From an uncultured Planctomycetales bacterium (lineage in GTDB: Bacteria; Omnitrophota; Gorgyraeia; Zapsychrales; CAYRXT01), in NCBI GenBank assembly GCA_964428315.1, contig CAYRXT010000009.1, forward strand, positions 4,514 through 68,513: a DNA stretch of 64,000 nt. The letters run 5' to 3'. Shown here in pieces: positions 48,416 to 58,970 of this stretch. The notes below the pieces were generated by a model. The model did not search any database. It was not told the DNA's origin and was given only the letters and a program-made list of their open reading frames with translations. The stretch's first letter is position 1. Every line of letters starts with the position of its first letter. The position numbers and the translations under genes are program-made.

Positions 48416-48514
48416 TAGAAAAGCAACGAGATGGAAGCGATAAGAGGCCGCGTGAGTTCGCGCCGCAAAGAAGAGGCCTTGCCTCTTATCCCTTGCCACT
48501 GACGATTGATTAAT

Positions 48515-48586
48515 GCGGCGGTAATTCAGCGGTAGAATGCCTCCTTGCCAAGGAGGATGTCGTGGGTTCAAGTCCCATCCGCCGCT
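48515..48586 (+). tRNA. tRNA-Gly (GCC)
   Basis: GCGGCGG/CCGCCGC, CCTCC-TTGCCAA-GGAGG, GTGGG-TTCAAGT-CCCAT. Confidence 0.95.
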
Positions 48587-48694
48587 CTTTTTCTAACCTG
48601 TTCTTTTCAAGCCAACAATTAAGAATCTCCGCAGCAACGTTAATAAACACAACCCGCTACGTTCTGACGGAAAAGATTGAGTGGAGGACTGTGA

Positions 48695-49165
48695 ATGAAG
48701 ATCAGCGATTTTCTTTGCGCCAAGGCTGTTTCATCCGATCTTTCGGCCTCAGATAAAGAGGGCGTCATCAAGGAACTTGTCACGCTTCTTATTAACGCCG
48801 GTGCGATCGATAAAAAGTATAAAGGCAAGCTCGTTGACATTCTTCTGGCCCGGGAGGCCTTGGGGTCGACCGCTATCGGCCAGGGCGTCGCGATCCCGCA
48901 CGGGAAGTGCGAATATGTCGATAAGTTGACGGCGGGCCTGGGTATCAGCAGAAAAGGCGTCGACTTTGATTCCCTTGACGGCGAGCCCGCCCATATCTTC
49001 TTCTTGCTGGTCGCGCCGATTGATTCCGCCGGACCGCACTTAAAAGCCCTGGCAAAGATCTCCCGTCTTCTGAAAGATAAGTTTTTCCGTGAAAGCCTGA
49101 AACAGGCCAAAGACGAGACTACGATTCTCAAAATGATTACTCTGGAAGACGAAAGAACACCGTAA
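48695..49165 (+). CDS. PTS EIIA component (PtsN/Fru-type)
   Basis: REALGSTAIGQGVAIPH, DFDSLDG, HLKALAKISR. Confidence 0.93.
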   Translation: MKISDFLCAKAVSSDLSASDKEGVIKELVTLLINAGAIDKKYKGKLVDILLAREALGSTAIGQGVAIPHGKCEYVDKLTAGLGISRKGVDFDSLDGEPAHIFFLLVAPIDSAGPHLKALAKISRLLKDKFFRESLKQAKDETTILKMITLEDERTP

Positions 49166-49261
49166 CGGGGTGTCCGTTTGACTTCTTGGGGTGAGGCGAT
49201 TTCGCGGACGGGGACAGTTCATAGAGAAAACATTTCGATTTTGTCCTGAGGGCTCTTTCTC

Positions 49262-49462
49262 AGAATCTGTGGGTAATAATCGACTAAAATGGGCCATGGA
49301 ATCTGTGGAAAACCGAAACTCTCGAAGGTTTCCCACAGATCCCACGGCCCCTACGGCTATTCTTGAATCTGAACTCAAAAAATTCAGAGGTTTATTTATT
49401 GGCAAGTTGTTTATTATCAATGACTTAAGCCATGTTTGGCTATTTAGGCACCCACAGATTCT
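49262..49462. mobile_element. MITE-like non-autonomous element (~200 bp)
   Basis: 13-bp terminal inverted repeats AGAATCTGTGGGT / ACCCACAGATTCT; internal 24-bp imperfect hairpin at 49291-49350; no convincing ORF. Confidence 0.65.
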
Positions 49463-49504
49463 ATTAACGAGGCGTCCTGAGTATTCTTTAACGCCCTAAA
49501 GACC

Positions 49505-50746
49505 ATGTCCAAAAATCTTTTTAAATGGCTTTATCCGGGGATGAAAATAAAGCGGTGGCTCTTTATTTCCCTGGTCGGCGTTGTCATCGTCGGGATAGGC
49601 GCCGCCTTCACGGTTTACGAACATCCCCTGGTCAGGATCCCGGCCATCTTCATCATCCTTTGCGGCATTTTTTTCCTTGTCGTCGGGATCGGGAAAACGA
49701 TCGTTTCGATGATCACCCTGTTCCTCCCGGAACGCGAGCGCGAACTTGTCAATATCCTGTACCAACGCAGGTATCTCGAGCGGGGACCGAAGATTGTGGC
49801 CATCGGCGGCGGCCACGGGCTTTCCAACCTCCTGTTGGGGCTTAAGGAATATTCGGCCAACATCACCGCGATTGTGACCGTTGCGGACAGCGGCGGGTCA
49901 TCCGGCCGTCTCCGGGAGGAATTCAATATCGTCGCCCCCGGCGATATACGCAATTGCCTGGTTGCCCTCGCGGATGCCCCCGCGTTGATGGGTGATCTTT
50001 TCCAGTTCCGGTTTTCAAAAGATTCGGAATTGAAGGGGCACAATTTCGGCAATCTTTTTTTAACGGCGATGTTTCAGTTAACCGGCGGGGACTTTGAACG
50101 CGCGGTTAAAGAGTGCAGCAAGGTCCTGGCCATCCGGGGGAAGGTCATCCCTTCCACGGTGAGCAACGTGCATTTGGTGGCCGAATACGTGGATGGATCC
50201 CGGACGGAGGGGGAGGCAAAAATACCGAGGAAGAATGCCCGCATTAAGCGGCTTTTCCTTAAACCTGAGGACGCCCAGCCGACGACGGAAGCCCTGGACG
50301 CGATAAGCAACGCCGATGTGGTTATCATCGGTCCGGGAAGCCTGTACACCAGCATCCTGCCGAATCTGATTATCGAGGGGATGCCGTCGGCCCTGCGCCG
50401 TTCGGCCGCTTTCAAAATTTATGTATGCAACGTCATGACCCAGCAGGGAGAGACGGAGGAATATAGGGCCAGCGATCATCTCAAGGCTATCATCGAACAT
50501 ACGAATTCGGATATCGTCGATGCCTGGCTCATCAATAACGCGAGGGCTCCGGCAGAAATGCTGAGCCGTTATGAAAGCGAGAATTCATTTCCTGTTGAGG
50601 ACGATTTGGAGAACATCAAGCCCATGGGATATAAGGTCGTCGCCACGGATCTCCTTAATGTGAAGGATTATGTGCGCCACGATGCCGAGAAATTGAAGGC
50701 CGCGCTGATCAAGCTGATCGAGACGCATCGCGTCATAAAACGTTGA
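49505..50746 (+). CDS. YvcK/CofD-like (GlmR) protein with N-terminal membrane extension
   Basis: KWLYPGM.IKRW, IVAIGGG.GLS, VADSGGSSG.LR, PGDIRNCL, GHNFGNLF, IGPGSLYTS, NVMTQ.GET. Confidence 0.93.
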   Translation: MSKNLFKWLYPGMKIKRWLFISLVGVVIVGIGAAFTVYEHPLVRIPAIFIILCGIFFLVVGIGKTIVSMITLFLPERERELVNILYQRRYLERGPKIVAIGGGHGLSNLLLGLKEYSANITAIVTVADSGGSSGRLREEFNIVAPGDIRNCLVALADAPALMGDLFQFRFSKDSELKGHNFGNLFLTAMFQLTGGDFERAVKECSKVLAIRGKVIPSTVSNVHLVAEYVDGSRTEGEAKIPRKNARIKRLFLKPEDAQPTTEALDAISNADVVIIGPGSLYTSILPNLIIEGMPSALRRSAAFKIYVCNVMTQQGETEEYRASDHLKAIIEHTNSDIVDAWLINNARAPAEMLSRYESENSFPVEDDLENIKPMGYKVVATDLLNVKDYVRHDAEKLKAALIKLIETHRVIKR

Positions 50747-50751
50747 AGAAC

Positions 50752-51015
50752 ATGCCAAAGATCGAGAAAGAAATTGTTGTAAGGAATCCCCAGGGATTGC
50801 ATGCCCGTCCGGCGGCCATATTTGTCCAGACGGCGGCTAAATATAATGCCGAGATTTCGATTGCCAAAGACGGCGAGAAGGTCAACGGCAAATCTATTAT
50901 GGGTATTCTGATGCTGGCCGCCCAGAAGGGAAGCAAGGTTATCCTGGTGGCCGACGGAGAAGATGCCGAAAAAGCGATACAGGATCTGGAGGCCTTGTTA
51001 GAAAAAGATGGATGA
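50752..51015 (+). CDS. ptsH: Phosphocarrier protein HPr
   Basis: GLHARPA (His15) and NGKSIMG (Ser46). Confidence 0.96.
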   Translation: MPKIEKEIVVRNPQGLHARPAAIFVQTAAKYNAEISIAKDGEKVNGKSIMGILMLAAQKGSKVILVADGEDAEKAIQDLEALLEKDG

Positions 51016-52786
51016 GCTTGTTTTGAAAGGAATCCCGGCCGCGCCGGGCATCGCGTACAGTTCAGCCTTTATTCTGGACAGCCAGGACTTTGTCATCCCG
51101 CCGCGGACCGTTCTGGAAAACGAGGTGCCCAGCGAGATCGCCCGGTTTGAAGAAGCGATCGTAAAAACACGCGAGGAAATCCTACAGATCCAGCGGGCCA
51201 TTGTGGAGGAGATGAGCCCGCAGCATGCGCAGATCTTCGATGCCCACCTTATGTTTCTCGAGGACCAGGCTTTTATCCAGGGGGTTACCGATGCCATTCG
51301 GGAAGAGAAGATCAGCGCGGAGTATGCTTTTTCGAAACTGCTCAAGCGGTATATGAAAAGTTTTATCAAGATCAAGGACGAATATCTGCGTGAACGGACG
51401 AGCGATGTGAGCGATGTGGGGCGGAGGATCCTGAAACATTTGGTGGGCGAAACGAAGTTCCACGAGTTGGAGAACCTGACCGAGAACATGGTCATCATTG
51501 CGCACGACCTTTCTCCTTCGGATACGGCCAGCATGTTCAACAAGAATATCGTGGCCTTTGCCACGGATATAGGAGGCCGGACGTCCCATACCGCCATTAT
51601 GGCCAAGGCCCTGGGTATACCGGCAGTTGTCGGATTGAAAGGCGCGACTTATCGCGTCAGCAATCAGGATTTCGTCATCGTGGACGGGCGAATGGGGTTG
51701 CTGATCATTAATCCCACCGAAAAGACAAAAGCCATTTATGAGGAAGAGCAAAAAAAGATCGCCGCCTTCAGCAATCGCTTCAAGGACATCAAGGACCTGG
51801 CTTCAGAGACGAAGGACGGAAAAGAGATCACCATCGCCGCCAATATCGAGATACCGGAGGAGATCCCCATCGTCCTGAACCGGGGCGCGCGCGGCGTCGG
51901 GCTTTACCGCACGGAATTCTTCTATATGAACAGGATCGACCTCCCCTCCGAGGAGGAACAATATGAGGCCTACCGCCATGTTGCCGAGGCGATGGGGGAT
52001 TACCCGGTGACGATCCGCACCCTGGACCTGGGGGGAGACAAATTTATATCGAGTCTCCAGATCCCCCGTGATATGCAGCCTTTTTTAAGCCGCCGGGCCA
52101 TCCGACTGTGTCTTGCCCGTCCGGACATTTTCAAGACGCAGCTGCGGGCCATTCTCCGTGCCTCCGTCCACGGGAGGATCAAATTGATGTACCCGATGAT
52201 AACGGGAGTGGATGAACTGCGGCACGCGAACACGGTCTTGAACGACGTCAAGGCGAATCTCAGGGATGAAAAGATCCCCTTTGACGAGGATGTGCATGTG
52301 GGGGCGATGATTGAGGTCCCCTCCGCGGCCATGACGGCGGATCTGCTGGCCAGGGAGGCGCAGTTTTTCAGCATCGGAACAAATGACCTGATTCAATATG
52401 CCCTGGCCATTGACCGCACGAATGAGCAAACGGCGGACCTCTATGAGCCCGGACATCCTGCGATTTTGCGGATGATCAAAAATATCGTTGACTGCGCTCA
52501 CCAGGCCAACATCCCCGTGAGTCTCTGCGGCGAGATGTCCGGCGAACCCAGCCTTGCCCTCCTTCTGGTCGGGCTGGGTGTGGACGAATTGAGCATGCCG
52601 TCTCTCAACATCCCGCAGATCAAAAAGCTTGTTCGGAGCATAACGTTTCAAGAGGCGCAGGAGATTGCCGGCGAGGCACTGGCCCTTCAGACGGGGTCGG
52701 AGGTCGAGGAGTTCTGCCGGATTAAACTTCAGGCCATTGCCCCCCTGATTTACCGGATAGGGGAAAAAGAGGATAACCACTCATGA
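51008..52786 (+). CDS. ptsI: PEP-protein phosphotransferase (Enzyme I)
   Basis: GGRTSHTAIMA, GVGLYRTEF, RTLDLGGDK, MIEVP, SIGTNDLIQY, CGEM. Confidence 0.96.
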   Translation: MDELVLKGIPAAPGIAYSSAFILDSQDFVIPPRTVLENEVPSEIARFEEAIVKTREEILQIQRAIVEEMSPQHAQIFDAHLMFLEDQAFIQGVTDAIREEKISAEYAFSKLLKRYMKSFIKIKDEYLRERTSDVSDVGRRILKHLVGETKFHELENLTENMVIIAHDLSPSDTASMFNKNIVAFATDIGGRTSHTAIMAKALGIPAVVGLKGATYRVSNQDFVIVDGRMGLLIINPTEKTKAIYEEEQKKIAAFSNRFKDIKDLASETKDGKEITIAANIEIPEEIPIVLNRGARGVGLYRTEFFYMNRIDLPSEEEQYEAYRHVAEAMGDYPVTIRTLDLGGDKFISSLQIPRDMQPFLSRRAIRLCLARPDIFKTQLRAILRASVHGRIKLMYPMITGVDELRHANTVLNDVKANLRDEKIPFDEDVHVGAMIEVPSAAMTADLLAREAQFFSIGTNDLIQYALAIDRTNEQTADLYEPGHPAILRMIKNIVDCAHQANIPVSLCGEMSGEPSLALLLVGLGVDELSMPSLNIPQIKKLVRSITFQEAQEIAGEALALQTGSEVEEFCRIKLQAIAPLIYRIGEKEDNHS

Positions 52787-53538
52787 AGGCGTTGATCCTA
52801 GCCGCCGGATACGGTACCCGGCTCTATCCTTTGACCTTGAATCAACCCAAACCGCTTCTTGACCTCAATCAAAGGACCATTATCGATTTCCTGCTTGATA
52901 AGATCCAGGATGACCCGGAATTATCCGAAATCCTGGTCGTGACCAACGACAAATTCACCGGTCATTTTGTGTCCTGGGCCGAAAAGAAAAAAGGACTGGA
53001 CAGGCCCATCAAGGTCATTAATGACAAGACGACATCGAACGAGGACCGGCTGGGTTCCGTCGGAGACATTGATTATGCGATCCGTCAGGAGTCTATCAAC
53101 GAGGATATCCTTGTCCTGGGGGGAGACAATCTCTTTGACTATGACCTCGAGGGATACCTCCGTTTCGCCCGTGAGAAGGCTCCGCATGTTACGATCGGCC
53201 TCTATGATATCAAGGACAAGGACAAGGCGAGACCCTTTGGGGTAGCGGCCTTGGACAAGGAATGCAGGATCACCAGTTTTGATGAAAAACCCGAAAGGCC
53301 CAAGTCCGCATTGATCGCGATGTGCCTGTATTATTTCCCCGGGGACACGCTGCCGATGGTGGGGGAATACCTTGCCCGGTCGCAAAAAAAGGATAAGGCC
53401 GGCGACTATATCCGGTGGATCAGCGGAAGAGAGCCCGTTTTCGGTTTTCAGTTTGAAGGACATTGGTTTGACATCGGAAGCAAGGATTCTTATCAACAAG
53501 CCCAGGAACATTTCCGGAAACAAAAGGAGGGTAATTAA
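52783..53538 (+). CDS. Sugar-phosphate nucleotidyltransferase family protein
   Basis: ILAAGYGTRLYPLT...PKPLL, GGDNLF, FDEKP, WFDIG. Confidence 0.9.
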   Translation: MKALILAAGYGTRLYPLTLNQPKPLLDLNQRTIIDFLLDKIQDDPELSEILVVTNDKFTGHFVSWAEKKKGLDRPIKVINDKTTSNEDRLGSVGDIDYAIRQESINEDILVLGGDNLFDYDLEGYLRFAREKAPHVTIGLYDIKDKDKARPFGVAALDKECRITSFDEKPERPKSALIAMCLYYFPGDTLPMVGEYLARSQKKDKAGDYIRWISGREPVFGFQFEGHWFDIGSKDSYQQAQEHFRKQKEGN

Positions 53539-54696
53539 GTGAAAGGCAAATATTTTGTGACTTCCGAGTCGGTCGGAAACGGCCATCCCGATAAAGTCTG
53601 TGATCAGATCTCGGATGCCGTCTTGGATGAGGTCCTGAGAAAAGATAAAAGGGGCCGGGTGGCCTGTGAGACCTTTATTTCGACTGGCCTGGTTATTGTC
53701 GGTGGGGAGATCACGACGACGTGTTATATCGATATACAAAAACTGGTCCGGCAGGTGCTTGTGGATATCGGTTATACCCATCCGAAATACGGTTTTTCTT
53801 TCGATACCTGTTCGGTCCTCAACGCCATCAACCGGCAGTCGCCGGATATCGCGCAAGGGGTCGATGCCGGCGGTGCCGGCGACCAGGGGATTATGATCGG
53901 GTATGCCTGCAACGAGACAAAGGAGCTGATGCCCCTGCCGATCATGCTGGCCCATCGCCTCGTCGAGAGGGTAGAAAAAGCGCGGACGTCGGGTCTCCTC
54001 GATTATCTTGGGCCGGACTGCAAATCCCAGGTGACCGTCGAATATGACGGGGACAAACCGGTGCGCGTGGATACCGTGGTTCTGGCCTGCCAGCACACCG
54101 AGGCCATCCTGGACAGGACAAAGAAAAAAATCACAAAAAAGGCGAGGCAGGAGATAATCGAAAAGATCGCCCGGCCCATTGTCGGAAAAATGGCGGATCA
54201 AAGGACAAAATATTACGTCAATCAGACCGGTAAATTTGTTATCGGAGGTCCGCAGTCCGATACTGGGGTGACCGGCCGCAAGATCGTCGTCGATACATAC
54301 GGAGGCATTGTGTCGCATGGAGGCGGAGCCTTTTCGGGAAAGGACCCGACCAAGGTTGACCGGTCTGCGACGTATATGGCGCGCTATGTGGCCAAAAACA
54401 TCGTCGCGGCGGGCCTCGCGGACAAATGCTGGCTGCAGCTGGGATACGTGATCGGCAAGGCCGAACCCCTGAGCGTCATGGTCGACACCTTCGGGACGGG
54501 CAAAGTGTCCGAACAGAAACTGGTGGCCCTGGTGCGCCGGCATTTCGATCTTACGCCGCGGGGCATTATCAGGGAATTGAAGCTTTTAAGGCCCATTTAC
54601 CGCAGGACGGCCGCTTACGGACATTTCGGCCGCCCGGCCTTCACATGGGAGTCCACCAACAAGGCCAAACAGTTGCGGGCGGAAGCCTCACGCTAA
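53539..54696 (+). CDS. metK: S-adenosylmethionine synthetase
   Basis: [57 protein letters not shown]. Confidence 0.98.
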   Translation: MKGKYFVTSESVGNGHPDKVCDQISDAVLDEVLRKDKRGRVACETFISTGLVIVGGEITTTCYIDIQKLVRQVLVDIGYTHPKYGFSFDTCSVLNAINRQSPDIAQGVDAGGAGDQGIMIGYACNETKELMPLPIMLAHRLVERVEKARTSGLLDYLGPDCKSQVTVEYDGDKPVRVDTVVLACQHTEAILDRTKKKITKKARQEIIEKIARPIVGKMADQRTKYYVNQTGKFVIGGPQSDTGVTGRKIVVDTYGGIVSHGGGAFSGKDPTKVDRSATYMARYVAKNIVAAGLADKCWLQLGYVIGKAEPLSVMVDTFGTGKVSEQKLVALVRRHFDLTPRGIIRELKLLRPIYRRTAAYGHFGRPAFTWESTNKAKQLRAEASR

Positions 54697-54800
54697 AGAG
54701 TTTACAATGATCTTGACGGAACTGAAATCAGGAAAGAACGATATCATTCCGGCTTGGCAAAGAGAGGACAAGCCGGCTTTGTTTAAAGAAGGAGGGCGTA

Positions 54801-56216
54801 ATGTCGAAGGCAGCTGTTTCCCGGGATTATAAGGTGAAAGACATGTCTTTGGTCGAATGGGGGCTCAAGGAAATCGAGCTCGCGGAAGCCGAGATGCCCG
54901 GCCTTATGGCGCTGAGAAAGAAATATGAAGGGCAGAAACCGTTAAAAGACGCCCGGATCACAGGATCTCTGCACATGACGATTCAGACAGCGGTTTTGAT
55001 CAAGACCCTGAAAATCCTCGGCGCCGAGATCCGCTGGGCGAGTTGCAATATCTTTTCCACCCAGGACCACGCCGCCGCGGCCATAGCGGACATGGGCGTA
55101 TCCGTTTTTGCCTGGAAGGGAGAAACCTTGAAGGATTACTGGTGGTGCACGAAACAGGCCCTGTCGTTTCCCGAGGGCCGGGGGCCGACCCTGGTCGTTG
55201 ACGACGGCGGTGATGCGACACTGATGATCCACAAGGGTTACTGGGCCGAGGAAGACGCGTCCATTCTGGATGCGGCGCCCGGCGGAGAGGATGAGAAGGA
55301 GCTTTTCGCCATCCTGAAATCGACCTTGGCCGAGGATCCGAAAAAATGGCGTAACATCGCCAGGGATATCAAGGGCGTTTCCGAGGAGACCACCACCGGC
55401 GTGCACCGTCTTTACCAGATGCTGAATGAGAAAAGACTGCTGTTCCCGGCCTTTAACGTCAATGATTCGGTAACGAAATCCAAGTTCGATAATCTCTACG
55501 GCTGCCGCGAATCCCTAGCGGACGGCATCAAGCGGGCGACGGACATCATGCTGGCGGGCAAGGTTGTGATGGTCTGCGGGTACGGGGACGTCGGCAAGGG
55601 CTGCGCGAGGTCGATGCGCAGTTACGGCGCGCGCGTCATCGTCTCGGAGATCGACCCCATCTGCGCCCTGCAGGCGGCGATGGAAGGCTTTGAGGTCAAG
55701 ACGCTGGAGGACGTCCTAGACGAAGGGGATATCTACGTGACGGCGACGGGAAACTGCGACGTGATCACCGCCGAACACATGTCCAGGATGAAGGATAAGG
55801 CGATTGTCTGCAATATCGGCCACTTTGACAATGAGATCCAGATGGCCCAGCTCGAACAATGGCCCGGCATCAGAAGGGAAAACATCAAACCGCAGGTCGA
55901 CCAGTATTATTTTCCCGACGGCCGTTCGGTCATTGTCCTGGCCGAGGGCCGGCTGGTGAACCTCGGATGCGCCACAGGTCATCCGTCCTTCGTTATGAGC
56001 AACTCATTCACCAATCAGGTCCTGGCCCAGATTGATCTTTGGGCCAATGATTATGAAGTCGGTGTTTACCGCCTGCCCAAACATCTGGACGAGGAGGTCG
56101 CCCGTCTCCATGTGCATCAGCTCGGAGTCCGGTTGACGAGATTGACGCCCAAACAGGCCCAATACCTCGGGATTTCCGCCGAAGGTCCGTTCAAGTCGGA
56201 TCACTACCGCTATTAA
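54801..56216 (+). CDS. ahcY: Adenosylhomocysteinase
   Basis: [54 protein letters not shown], terminal HYRY. Confidence 0.98.
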   Translation: MSKAAVSRDYKVKDMSLVEWGLKEIELAEAEMPGLMALRKKYEGQKPLKDARITGSLHMTIQTAVLIKTLKILGAEIRWASCNIFSTQDHAAAAIADMGVSVFAWKGETLKDYWWCTKQALSFPEGRGPTLVVDDGGDATLMIHKGYWAEEDASILDAAPGGEDEKELFAILKSTLAEDPKKWRNIARDIKGVSEETTTGVHRLYQMLNEKRLLFPAFNVNDSVTKSKFDNLYGCRESLADGIKRATDIMLAGKVVMVCGYGDVGKGCARSMRSYGARVIVSEIDPICALQAAMEGFEVKTLEDVLDEGDIYVTATGNCDVITAEHMSRMKDKAIVCNIGHFDNEIQMAQLEQWPGIRRENIKPQVDQYYFPDGRSVIVLAEGRLVNLGCATGHPSFVMSNSFTNQVLAQIDLWANDYEVGVYRLPKHLDEEVARLHVHQLGVRLTRLTPKQAQYLGISAEGPFKSDHYRY

Positions 56217-56237
56217 TATCCAACAAAGGGGGAAGAG

Positions 56238-57935
56238 ATGGTCAATCGTATCCGGATAAGCGTGCTGGCCGGCGTCTTTATTGCTTCTCTTTGCCTGCTT
56301 GCCCGCGCCGAAGAATTCCGGCCTGACTCTCAAATCACGGAAGTCACCGTCTATCCCGGAGCGGCTCTTGTCACGCGCAGCGCGGGCGTGCAGCTCCCGG
56401 CGGGTGAGCACAGCGTGGTGTTCGGGGATATCATCCCCCGGTTTAACGAGAACGCCCTGAGCGTATCCGGCCAGGGAAAGGCCGGCGTCAAGCTGTTCGG
56501 GGCGCGAATGAAGACGGACTACCTCAAGGAGGATCCCTCCGAACGCGTCAGGGAACTGCAGGCCAGGATCGAAGAACTGCAGGACCGGATCAACCATAAG
56601 AACACCATGCGCCTTGTCCTGGATGGACAGAAAGAGTTTCTCGAGTCGATCAAGATGTACGCCGGACAGCAGTTGCCCAAGGAATTGGTGACTGAAATGC
56701 CCACGGCCCAGGAGCTGGAGGACGTACGCCTGTTCCTGGCCGACAATTATGAGGACATCGAGACGCGCAAGGAGCGCATCCATCTGGATATCCGGGAATA
56801 CACCAGGGAGAAGGATGTCCTGCAGAGGGAACTGGACGCGTTGCGCCGGACGTCCGCAAAACAGCGGACCTCTATCGTCGTGGATCTGGAATGCCTTCGG
56901 CCCGGCCCTTTTGAGCTGGACGTGAGCTATATGGTTTATAATGTGAACTGGCGGCCGGTTTACGACGCGCGCGTCGCAATGGAAGATAAACATCTCGATT
57001 TGTCTTGTTTCGGTTATATCAGGCAGACCTCGGGGGAGGATTGGGATAATGTCCGTTTGACCCTGTCGACCGCCAAGCCGACCGTCGGAGGAAAGATGCC
57101 GGAATTATCGTCCTGGTATCTGATGCCTCCTCCTGCCGGGGAGGGAAGGATGGGGAAATCCATAAGAATGATGAACAGTGCCCGTGTAAACGGGCGGTTT
57201 TTTTCCGCCGGTAGGGAGCGGGGCGAAGAGGCTTTAGGGATCGGAGGGAGTCCCCAAACGGCGCCGGCGCAGACGGTGTATGCGCAGGCGGAAAATAAAG
57301 GGACCGCGATCACGTATTCTTTGAGTAAACCGATGACCGTTAAGACCGACGGGGAGGAGTACCGGGTTCCGCTTTTCGTCCAGGGCATGCCCGTGGAGCT
57401 GGAATACGCCGCGACGCCGAAGCTCTCCCCTTACGCCTATCTGATGGCTGATGTCGAAAACGACAGGAACAGCCAGCTTTTGCCCGGAGAGGTGAACATC
57501 TTCCTGGACGGCAATTTTGTCGGGTCATCGCGGATCGCCAAGGCGATCGGTTCGCAGGAAAAGTTCGACCTCTACCTGGGTATCGATGAGGGCGTGACGG
57601 TCAAACGCAGACTTTTGGAGGAAAAATCCGATGACACGCTTATCGGCAATATCCCGTCGCCGACAAAGAGCATTTCGTATGAGTTCAAGCTGATCGCGGA
57701 AAATTACAAGTCCGGGCCGGTCACGATCCATCTGTTCGACCAGATCCCTGTTTCGCGTGACGACAAGATCAAAGTGAGGAATGTCCGTTACAGCGTGAAG
57801 CCGGTGACCGAACATTATAAGGACAGGCAGGGCGTCGTGCAGTGGACGCTCGCGTTGTCGCCGGGGGAAAAGAAGGAGGTCACCCTCTCTTTTCGTGTTG
57901 AGCACCCCCGGGATATGCCGGTGAGGATTGAGTGA
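56238..57935 (+). CDS. DUF4140/DUF4139 (mucoidy inhibitor MuiA-like) exported protein
   Basis: ITEVTVYP.AALVTR, coiled coil, W.PVYD, QTSGEDW.NV.L.LST, LLPGEVNIFLDG, DQIPVS. Confidence 0.9.
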   Translation: MVNRIRISVLAGVFIASLCLLARAEEFRPDSQITEVTVYPGAALVTRSAGVQLPAGEHSVVFGDIIPRFNENALSVSGQGKAGVKLFGARMKTDYLKEDPSERVRELQARIEELQDRINHKNTMRLVLDGQKEFLESIKMYAGQQLPKELVTEMPTAQELEDVRLFLADNYEDIETRKERIHLDIREYTREKDVLQRELDALRRTSAKQRTSIVVDLECLRPGPFELDVSYMVYNVNWRPVYDARVAMEDKHLDLSCFGYIRQTSGEDWDNVRLTLSTAKPTVGGKMPELSSWYLMPPPAGEGRMGKSIRMMNSARVNGRFFSAGRERGEEALGIGGSPQTAPAQTVYAQAENKGTAITYSLSKPMTVKTDGEEYRVPLFVQGMPVELEYAATPKLSPYAYLMADVENDRNSQLLPGEVNIFLDGNFVGSSRIAKAIGSQEKFDLYLGIDEGVTVKRRLLEEKSDDTLIGNIPSPTKSISYEFKLIAENYKSGPVTIHLFDQIPVSRDDKIKVRNVRYSVKPVTEHYKDRQGVVQWTLALSPGEKKEVTLSFRVEHPRDMPVRIE

Positions 57936-58921
57936 ACGTGAAAAAGAAAAAAGCAAAGATAAAGAAGCTCGGGGTGTTGACCTCCGGAGGCGACGGCCCC
58001 GGGATGAACGCGGCGATCCGCAGTGTCGTTCGCTACGGACTTCATTTCGGTTTGCGGATGGCGGGCATTTATCACGGTTACCGGGGACTTATCGACGATG
58101 AAGTTGTCGACATGGATCACCGGGCGGTCTCCAACATCATCGACCGGGGCGGCACGATGCTGAAGACGGACCGCGAGCCCCGTTTAAAAGAGCGGGAGGG
58201 CCAGAAAAAGGCCGTTGAGACCCTCAAGAAACACGCCATTGACGCTTTGGTGGTCATAGGCGGTGACGGCACCTACCGGGGCGCCCAGGATCTCTACAGT
58301 GGCTGGGACGTCCCGGTGGTCGGTTTGCCGGGAACCATCGACAACGACATCTGCGGAACGGATCAGACCATCGGCAGCAGCACGGCGGTCAATACGGCGC
58401 TCGAGGCCATCGACAAGATCCGCGACACGGGACACAGCATGGAGAGGATCTTTGTCGTCGAAGTCATGGGACGCGAATCCGGATACATCGCCATCCAGGT
58501 CGCGCTGGGCGCGGGGGCGGAGAACGTGATCATCCCGGAGATCAAGTTCGATTTTGATTCGATGTACCACCAGATCGTCAACGGCCGCAACAAAGGCAAG
58601 GTAAGCTGGATTGTCGTCGTGGCCGAAGGCGCCGGCGGGGCCCCGCAGGTGGCAAAGAAGATCAGCGGGGTCACCGGTTTTGAGACGCGCAGTGCGGTCC
58701 TGGGCCACATCCAGCGGGGAGGAAATCCGACCGCCGCCGACCGCATACTGGCAACGCGCCTGGGCGCCAAGGCCGTTGACCTGCTTCTCAAAGGCGAATA
58801 CGGCCTCGCCGTGGGGGTCCTGCAGGATGAGATCAATGTCGTGGATTTCCGGACGGCCTGCAAGAGCAAGAAGAGGACGTGGGTGAGGGAATATTATAAT
58901 CTTGTGAAAATTCTGTCTTGA
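57932..58921 (+). CDS. pfkA: 6-phosphofructokinase
   Basis: LTSGGDGPGMNAAIR, IGGDG, PGTIDND, EVMGR, LGHIQRGG. Confidence 0.96.
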   Translation: MNVKKKKAKIKKLGVLTSGGDGPGMNAAIRSVVRYGLHFGLRMAGIYHGYRGLIDDEVVDMDHRAVSNIIDRGGTMLKTDREPRLKEREGQKKAVETLKKHAIDALVVIGGDGTYRGAQDLYSGWDVPVVGLPGTIDNDICGTDQTIGSSTAVNTALEAIDKIRDTGHSMERIFVVEVMGRESGYIAIQVALGAGAENVIIPEIKFDFDSMYHQIVNGRNKGKVSWIVVVAEGAGGAPQVAKKISGVTGFETRSAVLGHIQRGGNPTAADRILATRLGAKAVDLLLKGEYGLAVGVLQDEINVVDFRTACKSKKRTWVREYYNLVKILS

Positions 58922-58970
58922 ACAGCAAGTGAGATCCTGAGACACGGTTTTTATCGGACTCGAAACGATC

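Noticed and set aside
48096-48700. Integrative element at the tRNA cluster
   Set aside because: No integrase and no duplicated tRNA 3' end seen; the flanks are housekeeping genes.
49040-49499. Short ORFs (102 aa +, 126 aa -) across the EIIA-yvcK spacer
   Set aside because: No RBS or family motifs; they run through the inverted-repeat element.
52921-54543. 540-aa minus-strand ORF
   Set aside because: Antisense shadow of the nucleotidyltransferase and metK; no recognisable motifs.
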